Of a stretch of 64,000 nucleotides of DNA, positions 1 through 12,079 are shown piece by piece. Within the stretch, counting starts at the first letter, position 1. Every line of letters begins with the position of its first letter. The stretch is from Octopus bimaculoides (lineage: Eukaryota), in assembly GCF_001194135.2 (NCBI RefSeq), contig NC_068993.1, forward strand, positions 45,159,431-45,223,430, given 5' to 3'. A program made the translations under genes and the position numbers. The notes under the pieces were generated by a model. The model did no database searches. It had not been told where the DNA came from and was given only the letters and a program-made list of their open reading frames with translations.

Positions 1-143
1 ATTTTTTTTTTGAGTTTTATTTAAGTTTTTGACAGAGTTCAAGCCAGCCGCTAACAAAGAGACAAAACTTTTTGAGTTAAGAGTGTTCCCAGTGTTTGTA
101 AATATGTAATTGTCTTATGCATTTATGTTTGTCTGTCTGTCTA

Positions 144-176
<33 letters not shown>

Positions 177-254
177 ATGTATGTATGTATGCATGCATTT
201 ATGCATAATGTATACATACACACACACACGCATACATATATATGTACATATATA

Positions 255-872
255 CATAGAGGGGTTGGACAAAATAATAGAAACACCTTAAAATTTCAAA
301 AAAATTAATTTTAATATGGTTTAAGACCGCCTTTGACAGTAATTACAGCTTGAATTCTACGAGGTATGGACTCGTACAAAGTCTGAATTGTTTCCAAAGG
401 AATCTTCGTCAATTTTTCAGCTAAACCAGTCTCCAGTTCTTGTAGTGACGATGGTGGAGGATATCGACTCCTTACTTATTTTTCTAAAATGCACCATAAA
501 TGTTCAATAATATTGAGATCTGGGGACTGTAGTGGCCAGATAAGATGTTCAACTTCACTAGAATGTTCCTCGTGCCATTCAGTAACAACTTTAGCTGCGT
601 GAATTGGTGCATTATCATCCTGAAAGATTGCGTTTTCTCCCGGAAACGGTTCCGCAACCATAGGATGAATTTGACCAGATAAAATGCTTAAATAGTCTTG
701 ACTATTAACTCTGCCATGAAGGAAAACCATTGAGCCGGTGGATTTCTAAAATATAGCCCGCCAAATCATCACAGATCCTCCTCCATGTTTAACAGCTGGA
801 AGAAGGCAGTCTGTGTCAAATGCTTCTTTTGGCTGTCTCCACACGTATACTCGGCCGGTGGTCGGAAATAAG
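255..872 (-). mobile_element. Tc1-family transposon, 3' part, truncated by gap
   Basis: IFQDDNAPIH...WPLQSPDLNIIEHLW (DD34E region), VKHGGGSVMIW, and a TIR-like end CATAGAGGGGTTGGACAAAATAAT after TA. Confidence 0.9.
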
Positions 873-1506
873 NNNNNNNNNNNNNNNNNNNNNNNNNNNN
901 NNNNNNNNNNNNNNNNNNNNNNNNNNNNNNNNNNNNNNNNNNNNNNNNNNNNNNNNNNNNNNNNNNNNNNNNNNNNNNNNNNNNNNNNNNNNNNNNNNNN
1001 NNNNNNNNNNNNNNNNNNNNNNNNNNNNNNNNNNNNNNNNNNNNNNNNNNNNNNNNNNNNNNNNNNNNNNNNNNNNNNNNNNNNNNNNNNNNNNNNNNNN
1101 NNNNNNNNNNNNNNNNNNNNNNNNNNNNNNNNNNNNNNNNNNNNNNNNNNNNNNNNNNNNNNNNNNNNNNNNNNNNNNNNNNNNNNNNNNNNNNNNNNNN
1201 NNNNNNNNNNNNNNNNNNNNNNNNNNNNNNNNNNNNNNNNNNNNNNNNNNNNNNNNNNNNNNNNNNNNNNNNNNNNNNNNNNNNNNNNNNNNNNNNNNNN
1301 NNNNNNNNNNNNNNNNNNNNNNNNNNNNNNNNNNNNNNNNNNNNNNNNNNNNNNNNNNNNNNNNNNNNNNNNNNNNNNNNNNNNNNNNNNNNNNNNNNNN
1401 NNNNNNNNNNNNNNNNNNNNNNNNNNNNNNNNNNNNNNNNNNNNNNNNNNNNNNNNNNNNNNNNNNNNNNNNNNNNNNNNNNNNNNNNNNNNNNNNNNNN
1501 NNNNNN

Positions 1507-2257
1507 GAATGTCCTCCTTCAAACGCTTCAAAACGTTGCAGTAAAACTCTCGATTGACGGTGAGGTCTAGGGGGTCGAATTCTTGATGCCCAATACCGTG
1601 GATAAAAAAACAAAAAACAAAAAACAAAAAAAAACAACGATGAACATGATCTTGATTGAGCTGCGGCTATGTCGTATCTTCTTCGGTTGTGAAAATGAAG
1701 GGTTCTTCTATAGTAACAACTGCCCTCTTCGTCCCAGGGTCATACCCATAGACTCAACCCTCGTTTCCGGTGATGATCCTCAACACGAAAGGTAAGTCAT
1801 CAGCGGCAAGCTGACAGAGATGTTGACAGACTTCGATGCGATGTTCTTTCTATTGAGAGGTCAGTGGACGGGGTACAAACCTGGCCGAGACACACCGCAT
1901 GTTCAATTCAGACGTTAGGATTGCCTGTATGGACCCATACGACAGACCAACAACATCAGCAATGTCATTGATTGTCCTCCGACGATCCTCATGCACAAGC
2001 TGATGAATTTTCTCCATATTTCCAAGGGTGATACTCGTGGCAGGTCTTCCAGATTGTTCATCGTCTTTCAGGGACGTTCTTCTGCTTTTGAAGCGCCCGT
2101 GCCACTCGGAACGTTGCATACGACATTGCTTCGTCGCCCTAAGCTTGCCGAATCATTCTCAATGTCTCTGTAGTAGACTTCCAAAGTTTAACGCAAAATT
2201 TCACGTTGGCTCTTTGTTCCAACTTCATGTCCAAGACAAAATCGTATACACGTGACC
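1507..2257 (-). mobile_element. Degenerate mariner transposase
   Basis: MKLEQRANVKFCVKL..., DDEQSGRP, DRRRTINDIADVVGLSYGS, VSARFVPRPLT, TVNREFYCNVLKRL; stops and frameshifts. Confidence 0.9.
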
Positions 2258-2494
2258 NNNNNNNNNNNNNNNNNNNNNNNNNNNNNNNNNNNNNNNNNNN
2301 NNNNNNNNNNNNNNNNNNNNNNNNNNNNNNNNNNNNNNNNNNNNNNNNNNNNNNNNNNNNNNNNNNNNNNNNNNNNNNNNNNNNNNNNNNNNNNNNNNNN
2401 NNNNNNNNNNNNNGTGTATCTATTTCAGTCACTCTTTCTTTCTCTCTCTGCTTCTCTCTCTATAAATACAGACACGCACACGCATTTAGAAAGA

Positions 2495-2536
<42 letters not shown>

Positions 2537-2963
2537 ATGAGGGAGGGAGAAAAGAAGAGGGAGTGATTGAGATAGAAACACATCCACATACACACACACA
2601 CACACACATGCAGAGAAACACACGCATACGCACACAAACACACGCACACAAATACATACACACATACATTCGCACATGTACGCACTTGATACATTGAGTC
2701 ACCAAAATATTGCTGAACATGTCCCATTACGTGCAGGGCCTGACAGAAATTGGTTCAATAAACCTAATGCTAGAGCTGTCTCTATGCATAACTGCATTTA
2801 CATACGTGTGTGAATATTTGTGCATGTCTTTATATCTAACTTATTGTATGCGAATGCATAGTCATGTGTTTTTACATGATATTCCTTTGTGGTTGGTGTT
2901 AGTCTAAGTGAGTTTAGTCTCTGTGTATTTGCCTATCTGCGCATGAATCAGTATCGATTGGAC

Positions 2964-3003
<40 letters not shown>

Positions 3004-3559
3004 NNNNNNNNNNNNNNNNNNNNNNNNNNNNNNNNNNNNNNNNNNNNNNNNNNNNNNNNNNNNNNNNNNNNNNNNNNNNNNNNNNNNNNNNNNNNNNNNN
3101 NNNNNNNNNNNNNNNNNNNNNNNNNNNNNNNNNNNNNNNNNNNNNNNNNNNNNNNNNNNNNNNNNNNNNNNNNNNNNNNNNNNNNNNNNNNNNNNNNNNN
3201 NNNNNNNNNNNNNNNNNNNNNNNNNNNNNNNNNNNNNNNNNNNNNNNNNNNNNNNNNNNNNNNNNNNNNNNNNNNNNNNNNNNNNNNNNNNNNNNNNNNN
3301 NNNNNNNNNNNNNNNNNNNNNNNNNNNNNNNNNNNNNNNNNNNNNNNNNNNNNNNNNNNNNNNNNNNNNNNNNNNNNNNNNNNNNNNNNNNNNNNNNNNN
3401 NNNNNNNNNNNNNNNAGGAAGGACAACAAAAGAAAGAAAGAGACCTCGATATTATGCAAATAGAGGAATTTATCTGTAAAAATATGTGACACTTATTCAG
3501 TAGCCATGATAAAACTCCGAGTTTCGGATGCCAGGGTGGGAGCCCACGCCAACATCTCT

Positions 3560-4110
3560 TCAGTTATCTGGCTTCCGAACCACATGGTTCTGGGTTCATT
3601 CCCACTGCCTGGCATCTTGTGAGTAGATTTGGTAGACGGGAACTGAAAGAAGTCCGTCGTATATATACAGGGTTGGCCAAAAGTCACCTGACAGTAACAA
3701 CTGAATGAATTCAATAAAAGCATCTAAATATGAAACATCATGAAAATTGTTCAGCCTGAAGTCCTTCTTGAGTGACACATTTTTCCATTCAAGTCAATAA
3801 TACAGAATTACAAATGGCATTTATGGAATTTTGATTTACTGTCGGGTGACTTTTGGCCAACCCTGTTTATATATATGTGTGTGTGCGTGTGTGTGTGTGT
3901 GTCTTTATGTCTGTGATTGTCCTCCCCCACCGTCACTTGACAACCGATGTTGGTGTGTTTACGTTCCTGCAACTTAGCGGTTCGGCAAAAGATATCGATA
4001 GAATAAGTACCAGGTTTACAAAGAATAAGTCATGGGGTCGATTTCTTCGATTAAAAGAGCGCTGGTCCAGCATGGCCGCAGTCAAATGACTGAAACAAGT
4101 AAAAGAATAA
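3560..4110 (+). mobile_element. tRNA-derived SINE (family B), interrupted by a MITE
   Basis: Shares head GGTTC..TCCCACTG and body CTTGACAACCGATGTTGGTGTGTTTAC...CAGCATGGCCGCAGTCAAATGACTGAAAC with the 8905 copy. Confidence 0.8.
3668..3865. mobile_element. 198-bp Tc1/mariner-type MITE
   Basis: 30-bp TIRs CAGGGTTGGCCAAAAGTCACC(T/C)GACAGTAA match at 29/30; TA on the left, mutated on the right. Confidence 0.9.
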
Positions 4111-4564
4111 AAAAATAAAAGAATATATATATATATATATATATATAAGTATCAATATATATATGAATGTGTACATGCTGAGAATTTGCATTTTTGTATA
4201 CATGTGTATATATGCGTTTCTAAGCAAAAGTTTTGTATCTGTGTGTATGTGCACACACACACACACACACACACACACGTACACAGACACACCAAGCACA
4301 CACATGTAAATCAATCTATCTATCTATCTATCTCATTCTACGCGCGTGTGTGTGTGTGTATATATATGCACACACACACATATATACATATATATATACA
4401 TATATATAATACACGCACACATACACACGTATATGCATGTATGTATGTATACGTCTTTAGATGTGTATGTGAATACGTGCACATTGAACAAGGTGCATAT
4501 TTGTACATGTGTAACAGGTGACGGTATATATGTCTATGTGTAAAAGAAAGGAAAAGATTTCAGG

Positions 4565-4764
4565 AATAGCCAATCAGATTTTACTGATCTGTTATGTTAA
4601 CTGGACCACACCTGGGTTCTTGTTGCATAAAATGCCTAACGACTGAATACGTAGTTAACGAACGGCAGCTACATACAAAACACCTCATTAAGTAAAAATT
4701 AGTATCTTTCTCTGCTGGCTGAAAGCTCTTTGTATTTCATCCAAATAATACCAGTGAAGAGGAA
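4565..4764 (+). promoter_or_regulatory. Candidate promoter and 5' UTR of the Cys-rich gene
   Basis: AGCCAATCAG (CCAAT at 4570-4574) and TATA-like CATAAAA at 4626-4632 in non-repetitive sequence upstream of the ATG; no TSS data. Confidence 0.35.
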
Positions 4765-4798
4765 ATGAAGGAGTTTTTATTTGGATACGTATTTGTCG
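4765..4798 (+). CDS. Exon 1 (coding part) of a 5-exon gene for a 228-aa secreted/GPI-type Cys-rich protein; MKEFLFGYVFV
   Basis: ATG at 4765; donor G|GTAAGG at 4799; ends phase 1, matching exon 2, and the join gives a hydrophobic signal peptide MKEFLFGYVFVVSILLWIPLSFG. Confidence 0.7.
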
Positions 4799-5963
4799 GT
4801 AAGGTGAAGTCTTGAAGTCTTTTTCTTCACTTTGTTTTTCGTATTTAAAAACAACTCATACATTCTATCGGAGCTTAGAACTTAAAACGACTGCAGTAAA
4901 CTAAGAAAAACTTCTCAATTTATTTTGTTTAATATGTAGATTTATAAAATATCTGCTCCTAAAAAATAAAACATAAAAATGACAACAGACGATGCAAGAA
5001 ATATATTTTATCAATTCAAATGTTTGAAATATTTATTATTGATGTTTATATATGTATTTATGTATTTTTCATACTTTAAAAGAATGTTTATTGGGTGACT
5101 GCAGTGGCTGAATCGGATAGAAAAGAGTAAAAACTATTTTAGAAATTTAGTTTGCCATTTTTTTTTGGCATTTCTACGGTTTACTTTGCTTGTTAATTCA
5201 TTATTTTGCTTGTCGTTTGTTTGATGCCGAGTTTTATTTCACTTGTGTCTTGTTTTGATGTCTCCTGTTTTTGTGAGGTTGGAGCAGTTTTTTGTGTATA
5301 ATTGGGACCGCATTTTTTTTGTTGCTTTGGGATATGTTTTTTTTTTTTTAGAGGCATCTGTAATTATTTTGCGAAACGTAAGCATTGTAGAGTGACTAAG
5401 TTGTTGTGAGCGGTCCCGTTTGAATTGTAAGAATCTTGAATTTATTTCTTGATGGCACTTGTTCAATGTGCGCTTTTACAAGTTTACAAATGTATTTTTG
5501 CTTTCTAGATTGATATGCGTGCGTGGTGTGTGAATGTGTGTGTAAATGTGTATGTGAATTTTTGTGTAAATGTATGTGTGTGTGTGTGTGTGCGCGCGTG
5601 CGCATGGTAATAATGGATTTGTGAGAAGTTGGGGAACTATTTTGCCAGATTGTTAAGATGGTAGCTAGGTGTTCAGAGCAGGGGGGGTTGTTGCTGTTGG
5701 TTTAGCGAGATATACATTAATGTGTATCATTTAGGACTAGATTGTGTCCTCTTGCAATGATATTGCTTCATTCCTCATGTTCACTTTTTCATTTATCTAC
5801 AAAAAGTTAAAAGGGAAACGTTAACAAAAGAATTACTTTAGTCATTAGAAAGATTAGAAGAAAACATGGAGGTTTCGGATCTAAAAGTTATTTTATCAGA
5901 GGTGGTCAACAAAGTTTCACATAGCAACAATTTCTATAAAAGTGAAGTAACCACATGCTTTTT

Positions 5964-6150
5964 TTATAACATCAAACTCAAGGTTTTGCCCTTTCAAAAC
6001 CTGGAAGAAACGAAACGAGCTTTTTTAGTAATTGGTTTGGTCAACCTGCCTTGTTTTTTTGTTTTCGTTATAACATCAAACTCAAGGTTTTTCACTTTCA
6101 AAACCTGGAAGAAATGAAACGAGCTTGTTTAACAACTGGTTTGGTTAATC
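5964..6150 (+). repeat. Tandem duplication with about 104-bp period, two copies
   Basis: TATAACATCAAACTCAAGG...TTCAAAACCTGGAAGAAA at 5965 and 6069. Confidence 0.85.
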
Positions 6151-6464
6151 CACTCCCTTATTAAGCTTATTAAATAAGTGGATGAGAGACATTTCTCCCT
6201 GTATAGGACGCTGGTCTGTTGCAGGTAGTTTTTCCCGCAGACGATATTTAATCCGAAACTGAAGATTAAACAATCCAATTACTTATAGGTTCTCTGACAC
6301 TACGCCAGACAGAGCGATGAAATCGTGTACTATTTTGTGGCTCTATTCAATATTAGTTATACTTACTCTCTAAGTGTTGATTGATTTGCGCACAAAGTTG
6401 GCTAACAGTGAGAAGGTACGAAATTTCGGCCTCTCAACCAGTTATATGGTACTTTAATAATTCA

Positions 6465-6800
6465 GTGATGTTGGTACTCTAATCAGTTAGATACGTTGGT
6501 GCGCTAGTCACTTGGTACATGATTCACTAGGTCTTCTTGCTAAGCTATTGATACGCTCGAGCTAGTACTCTATTCACCCGATATGTTGGTACTCTATTCA
6601 CTAGTTCATGTTGATAAGCTATTGAAACGATCATGTTAATACTCTGTTCACTCGATATCTTAGTACTCTGCTCGCTATTTCTTCTTGGTAAGCTACGGGC
6701 ACGGTCATGTTAGTCCTCTATTTGCTCACTCTTCTTGGTGAGCTATTGACACGGTCATGCTGGAACTCTATTCATCCGGTTTTCTTCGTAAGTTATCAAC
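6465..6800. repeat. Degenerate minisatellite, unit about 55-60 bp
   Basis: Recurring TCTTCTTGGTAAGCTATTGA.ACGGTCATG.TAGTACTCTATTCAC-like units. Confidence 0.6.
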
Positions 6801-7479
6801 TAGTCGATATCGCGTAAAAATAGATAACAACTAATTGATATGATTCAGAAATTTAACCTGCTAGAAATAGCTAGTAAATCACCCTTATAACTCACATTAT
6901 TGTGTTAAGAAAGGGAAAAACATATTGGATAACGTACCCCTAGATACCTGTGTACACTGTGTTTGAACAAGAAAGACAGGATGATCATGGGTGGATTATC
7001 TTTGACCGAAAGCCTAAAAAACCAGGACACACCCGAGGCTTAATAACAGGAACAACCTGACCGCAATCACGTGCTTCCAGATTTGATCTCATTCTGGGAC
7101 AGGTGACGCACGTGACTTCTACCGTTGCTTTGGGTTGACCTAAACTTTCTGAGTGAAATTGGGTGAACGGTAGCTGTATAGGAGTCCCCCTGACAGAGCA
7201 GAAGTCCCTAAACTTTTTTGCACTACGAACCTTTTGAATAATGCCACGCCGTTGGCTAAGAGAGTAGGCTAACATTACCCCTGATCGGAAAACTATTCTG
7301 TCGTAGGGTTACCCATATGCAGCTGAGTGAACTGGAGTAATGTGAAATGAAGTGTTTTGTTTAAGAACACAACACGCCGCCCGGTCTAGAAACTGAACCC
7401 ACAATGTAGCGATCGTGAGAGCATGCCCTAACCACTAGGCCATGTGCCTTCACATATATTGCATATATAATATATATAT

Positions 7480-7833
7480 CAGAGATTCTCATCCAGGGTC
7501 AATATGGGCCCCGAGGGTCCATATAAGATTTTTGGGAGTTCATGCAACAAAACAGCAAATTGGGAATCCACAATAGTATTCTACGGCCCCTGAAAAAATT
7601 TTGTTTTAGATGTATGTATTGGTGTGTATTGCAAGAAACAGCTTGCTTTCTCTCTCTGACATTTTACAGAATTCAACCTATACAAGTTAGTGTGTGAAAA
7701 ACAAAATAGGAATTTTGAAAGAAGTTTCTATAATGCTAGTTTTTAGACATCGAATGGTTCTAAGAGTCCACTAGAATAAAATAGTAATCAAAAGGGTCAA
7801 TAAATAAAATTAAAAAATGGTTGAGAACCCCTG
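7480..7833. mobile_element. hAT-type MITE, copy 1
   Basis: TIRs CAGAGATTCTCATCC and rc CAGGGGTTCTCAACC; 8-bp flank ATATATAT on both sides. Confidence 0.8.
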
Positions 7834-8382
7834 ATATATATAATGCAAAAACACCCCACAGACTGCAGTAGTCAATAAAGTAGAAATAAAATTTAAAAAT
7901 TCATTTTTTTCTGCGCGGCCCGGTAGCAGATGATCTATAACCCGGGACTGGCTAGCAGCTCGGTGGTTGGGACCCCTGTGGTAGAGTGTATTTCTTGATA
8001 GGGAATAGATATAATTAATTATCTGCTCTAACATTATCATCTGGCCCTTGGCTGCCATTAAGCGGAATCGACACTGTTACAAACATTCAGCCCAGATCTC
8101 CGATTCGCGAATATTAAGACTTGAAAGTCCTACACAATGGATATTGGTCACTGACTACCTTCTTCCATCGCCACATATAATACATATAATGTATAATGCA
8201 TACATACATACATACATACATACATACATACATACATACATACATACATAAACATACACAACATACACATACACACAAATATATAAGGGCATACTATATC
8301 TTCTTGAGATTTTACAACTAGCTATTTTGTATATATATATANNNNNNNNNNTATATATGTATGTATATATATATATATATGA

Positions 8383-8683
8383 TGAAATTAATGAAGATCA
8401 GTAGAATGGAGATTTTCACATCCAATTTTATTGTACAGTTAATTACATCGTTCTTTGCTTAGACCTACGCATGTTTCAGCTGCACACTGCTAAGTATGCA
8501 TCCTGGTGTTAATTATCGGTGCATCTTAGTGTTATTTGTGTTAATTAACACCAAGATGCACACTTAGCAGTGTGCAACAGTTTGCAGCCGAAACGTGCGT
8601 AGCTCTATGCAAAGAACGATGTAATTAACTGTATAATAAAATTGGATGTGCAAATCTCCATTCTCTTGTCTTCATTAATTTCA
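8383..8683. mobile_element. Foldback (palindromic) element, arms about 135 bp
   Basis: TGAAATTAATGAAGA...CATCCAATTTTATT.TACAGTTAATTACATCGTTCTTTGC has a near-perfect reverse complement at the other end; inner GCACACTGCTAAGT..GCATC.TGGTGTTAATTA arms also pair. Confidence 0.9.
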
Positions 8684-8904
8684 ATATTTTCACACCGGAA
8701 TCTATGTAGTCTTTGAAAGGAAATTCGGATTTACCAAGCGAGGATAATAAGCGTGTCTAGTAAATTTCCACTAACTTGAGTTTCACCAACATTCGCTGTG
8801 GCTAGCCGGCGTTGAGACCCGACATAAGAGCTAACACGGTTACGGCCAGGATTACATATCCCTCGAAACTATTCTTGGAAAGATTACTTTTATATGCATA
8901 TATA

Positions 8905-9300
8905 GGCGCAGGAGTGGCTGTGTGGTAAGTAACTTGCTTTCTAACCACATGGTTCTGGGTTCAGTCCCACTGCGTGGTACCTTGGGCAAGTGTCTTCTAC
9001 TATAGCCTCGGGCCGACCAAAGCCTTATGAGTGGATTTGGTAGACGGAAACTGAAAAAAGCTTTAAATATGTATGCATGCATGCATTTGTGTTTGTCCCC
9101 ACCACCATTGCTTGACAACCGATGTTGGTGTGTTTACATCCCCCTAACTTAGCGGTCCGGCAAAAGGAACCGACAGAATAAGTACAATGCTTACAAAGAA
9201 TAAGTCCTGGGGTCGATTTGTTCGACTAAAGGCTGTGCTCCAGCATGGCCGCAATCAAATGACTGAAACAAATAAAAGAATAAAAGAAAAGAATAAAAGA
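8905..9300 (+). mobile_element. tRNA-derived SINE family B, near full length
   Basis: Head GGCGCAGGAGTGGCTGTGTGGTAAG, B-box-like GGGTTCAGTCCC, (AAAAGAAT)-like tail. Confidence 0.88.
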
Positions 9301-9783
9301 ATATAAATTTAAGTCACAATGTATGGATTCAACCAATAAAAAAAAAAGCTCCTTAATGTAACATTCAACAAAACATTGAGAATGTATAGTATGATACAAG
9401 AGAAAACCATAAAGAGTGTATAAAGTTATACATAATAGAGAAATATAATATGATAAAATTCATTTAACCATTGGGAATTCTTATATAAAAACAATTGTTT
9501 CGCAACTTAATAAAACATTGATAGATGATTTATTCTATTCTATTTTGTAATAAGTAAATCACTTATATGTTTGCATTAATATAAACTATCTTTAAAATAA
9601 TGTAGTTATTAAGCTAGCTCATTGGGTTAGGGGAATCCCATGTTTAGGTTGTGTATATTAAAATATAATGAAGTAAATTACCTATGCATGTTCTATTGAG
9701 TTGCGAAACAATTGTTGTTATAAAAGAATTTCTGATGGTTAAATACGTTTTATCATACTATATTTTTCTCGTTATTTATAACT

Positions 9784-9849
<66 letters not shown>

Positions 9850-9899
9850 GTATATATATGTGTGTGTATATAAATATGTATATATGTATATATATGCAT

Positions 9900-9955
<56 letters not shown>

Positions 9956-9996
9956 ATCCATACATACATATATATTTATGCACACACACACACACA

Positions 9997-10027
<31 letters not shown>

Positions 10028-10054
10028 ACATACATACATAGATGTATATCTACA

Positions 10055-10085
<31 letters not shown>

Positions 10086-11177
10086 CATACATACATGTAC
10101 CATCATTTTATACATGAAAATGTTCTTCAGCGTCATTTTTGTCAAAACGTGTGTAAATCCTCTGGAGGTGTAAAGAGACATCTACTCTTTCATAAACAAC
10201 ACAAACGAAATAACAGAATCAGAACTGAAACACGATTGCTATATTTACGAAAGTCTTTAAGAGAATCCCTAACCTCAAATGCCATAACGGTTCTCACTTG
10301 AGTAACTAACGCTATATTTGTACTTGAAATGGTTAAGCCTTGTTTCAGAACAGACTGCTTCCGTTCATATATATATATATATATATATATANNNNNNNNN
10401 NNNNNNNNNNNNNNNNNNNNNNNNNNNNNNNNNNNNNNNNNNNNNNNNNNNNNNNNNNNNNNNNNNNNNNNNNNNNNNNNNNNNNNNNNNNNNNNNNNNN
10501 NNNNNNNNNNNNNNNNNNNNNNNNNNNNNNNNNNNNNNNNNNNNNNNNNNNNNNNNNNNNNNNNNNNNNNNNNNNNNNNNNNNNNNNNNNNNNNNNNNNN
10601 NNNNNNNNNNNNNNNNNNNNNNNNNNNNNNNNNNNNNNNNNNNNNNNNNNNNNNNNNNNNNNNNNNNNNNNNNNNNNNNNNNNNNNNNNNNNNNNNNNNN
10701 NNNNNNNNNNNNNNNNNNNNNNNNNNNNNNNNNNNNNNNNNNNNNNNNNNNNNNNNNNNNNNNNNNNNNNNNNNNNNNNNNNNNNNNNNNNNNNNNNNNN
10801 NNNNNNNNNNNNNNNNNNNNNNNNNNNNNNNNNNNNNNNNNNNNNNNNNNNNNNNNNNNNNNNNNNNNNNNNNNNNNNNNNNNNNNNNNNNNNNNNNNNN
10901 NNNNNNNNNNNNNNNNNNNNNNNNNNNNNNNNNNNNNNNNNNNNNNNNNNNNNNNNNNNNNNNNNNNNNNNNNNNNNNNNNNNNNNNNNNNNNNNNNNNN
11001 NNNNNNNNNNNNNNNNNNNNNNNNNNNNNNNNNNNNNNNNNNNNNNNNNNNNNNNNNNNNNNNNNNNNNNNNNNNNNNNNNNNNNNNNNNNNNNNNNNNN
11101 NNNNNNNNNNNNNNNNNNNNNNNNNNNNNNNNNNNNNNNNNNNNNNNNNNNNNNNNNNNNNNNNNNNATATATATAT

Positions 11178-11534
11178 AAATTTGTTGTTGAAAATGCACC
11201 TTCATTTGAAAAACTTGTCATTGTTTTAAAATGAATTTATTTACATATATACCAAACTAGTTTCAACAATATTTTTGTTTATCAATTATAAAAATTTAGA
11301 ATTATGAATTAGGAAAGCATGTTTAAAAGTTTCAATATTGATAAGTTTAGATGTTCATAACAATCAATTTAAACTTGTCAACATTGAAACTTTTAAACCG
11401 GCTTTTCTAATTCACAATTCTAAATGTTTACCATTGATAAACAAAAAATATTGTTGAAACTAGTTTGGTAAATAAATTTATTTTATAACAATTACAAGGT
11501 TTTCAAATTTAAGTGCATTTTTAACAACAAATTT
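11178..11534. mobile_element. Foldback element, arms about 170 bp, carrying Penelope-LTR-like hammerhead motifs
   Basis: AAATTTGTTGTT.AAAATGCAC and CCAAACTAGTTTCAACAATATTTTT are mirrored on the right arm; loop of about 20 nt near 11350-11369. Confidence 0.9.
11427..11472 (+). ncRNA. Minimal type I hammerhead-like motif with a U3-A8 core
   Basis: TTTACCA-TTGATAA-ACAA/TTGT stem-GAAAC-TA-GTT-TGGTAAA; 7-bp stem I and palindromic ACTAGT stem III. Confidence 0.45.
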
Positions 11535-11587
11535 GCCTATATTTTTTCATGCGTGGAAATACACCTCTTCTTTTGTTATATATATAT

Positions 11588-12000
11588 ACTTAGTTACTTA
11601 AGCACTTTATTTCCTGTGAAGCATAGGCCATCGAAGGCTTCTCTCCACTTTTCTCAACTCTGGGCTGCTTCTCTCCTGTTGGAGCTCTGCTCTTCCTTGC
11701 AGCCTTGTTTCAGATTTTGTTCCGCTGTGTCATATGCTTCTCTGAAGGAAGGCTTTCCTATCCCGGGTCTTGTTAGTTTCGAATAGTTATCGATGTCTTT
11801 CTAAGTTTGCTTTTTTCTTTGTAGGAATATTGCCTCTAAGCAAACCCGTTTTTACATCTGGGAAGATGTAGCCCATATTATTTTGACCTTTATCTTTTGT
11901 ACTGTTCAGCATAGGAGGTCCTGCCTGGAGCTTGCCCTTTGCTGGCATAGCTCTCAGGGTCTTTGAAGTACATAGACCACCACGTTGCAACAAGGACTGG
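11588..12000 (-). mobile_element. Internally deleted (bipartite) RTE-derived element
   Basis: On minus, a 5'-like segment GACCCTGAGAGCTATGCCAGCAAAGGG is joined to a C-terminal remnant EKWREAFDGLCFTGK* with a short (TAAG)-like tail. Confidence 0.55.
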
Positions 12001-12039
12001 ACCTTATAGTATATATATATATATATATATATATATACG

Positions 12040-12079
<40 letters not shown>

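Noticed and set aside
6985-7275. 96-aa minus-strand ORF in GC-richer intronic sequence
   Set aside because: No recognisable domain or splice context, and flanked by SINE remnants
9684-10301. 205-aa ORF and many YI/HT/VC/LSIY-repeat ORFs across the window
   Set aside because: Translations of (TA)n, (CA)n, (TATC)n and (TACA)n microsatellites
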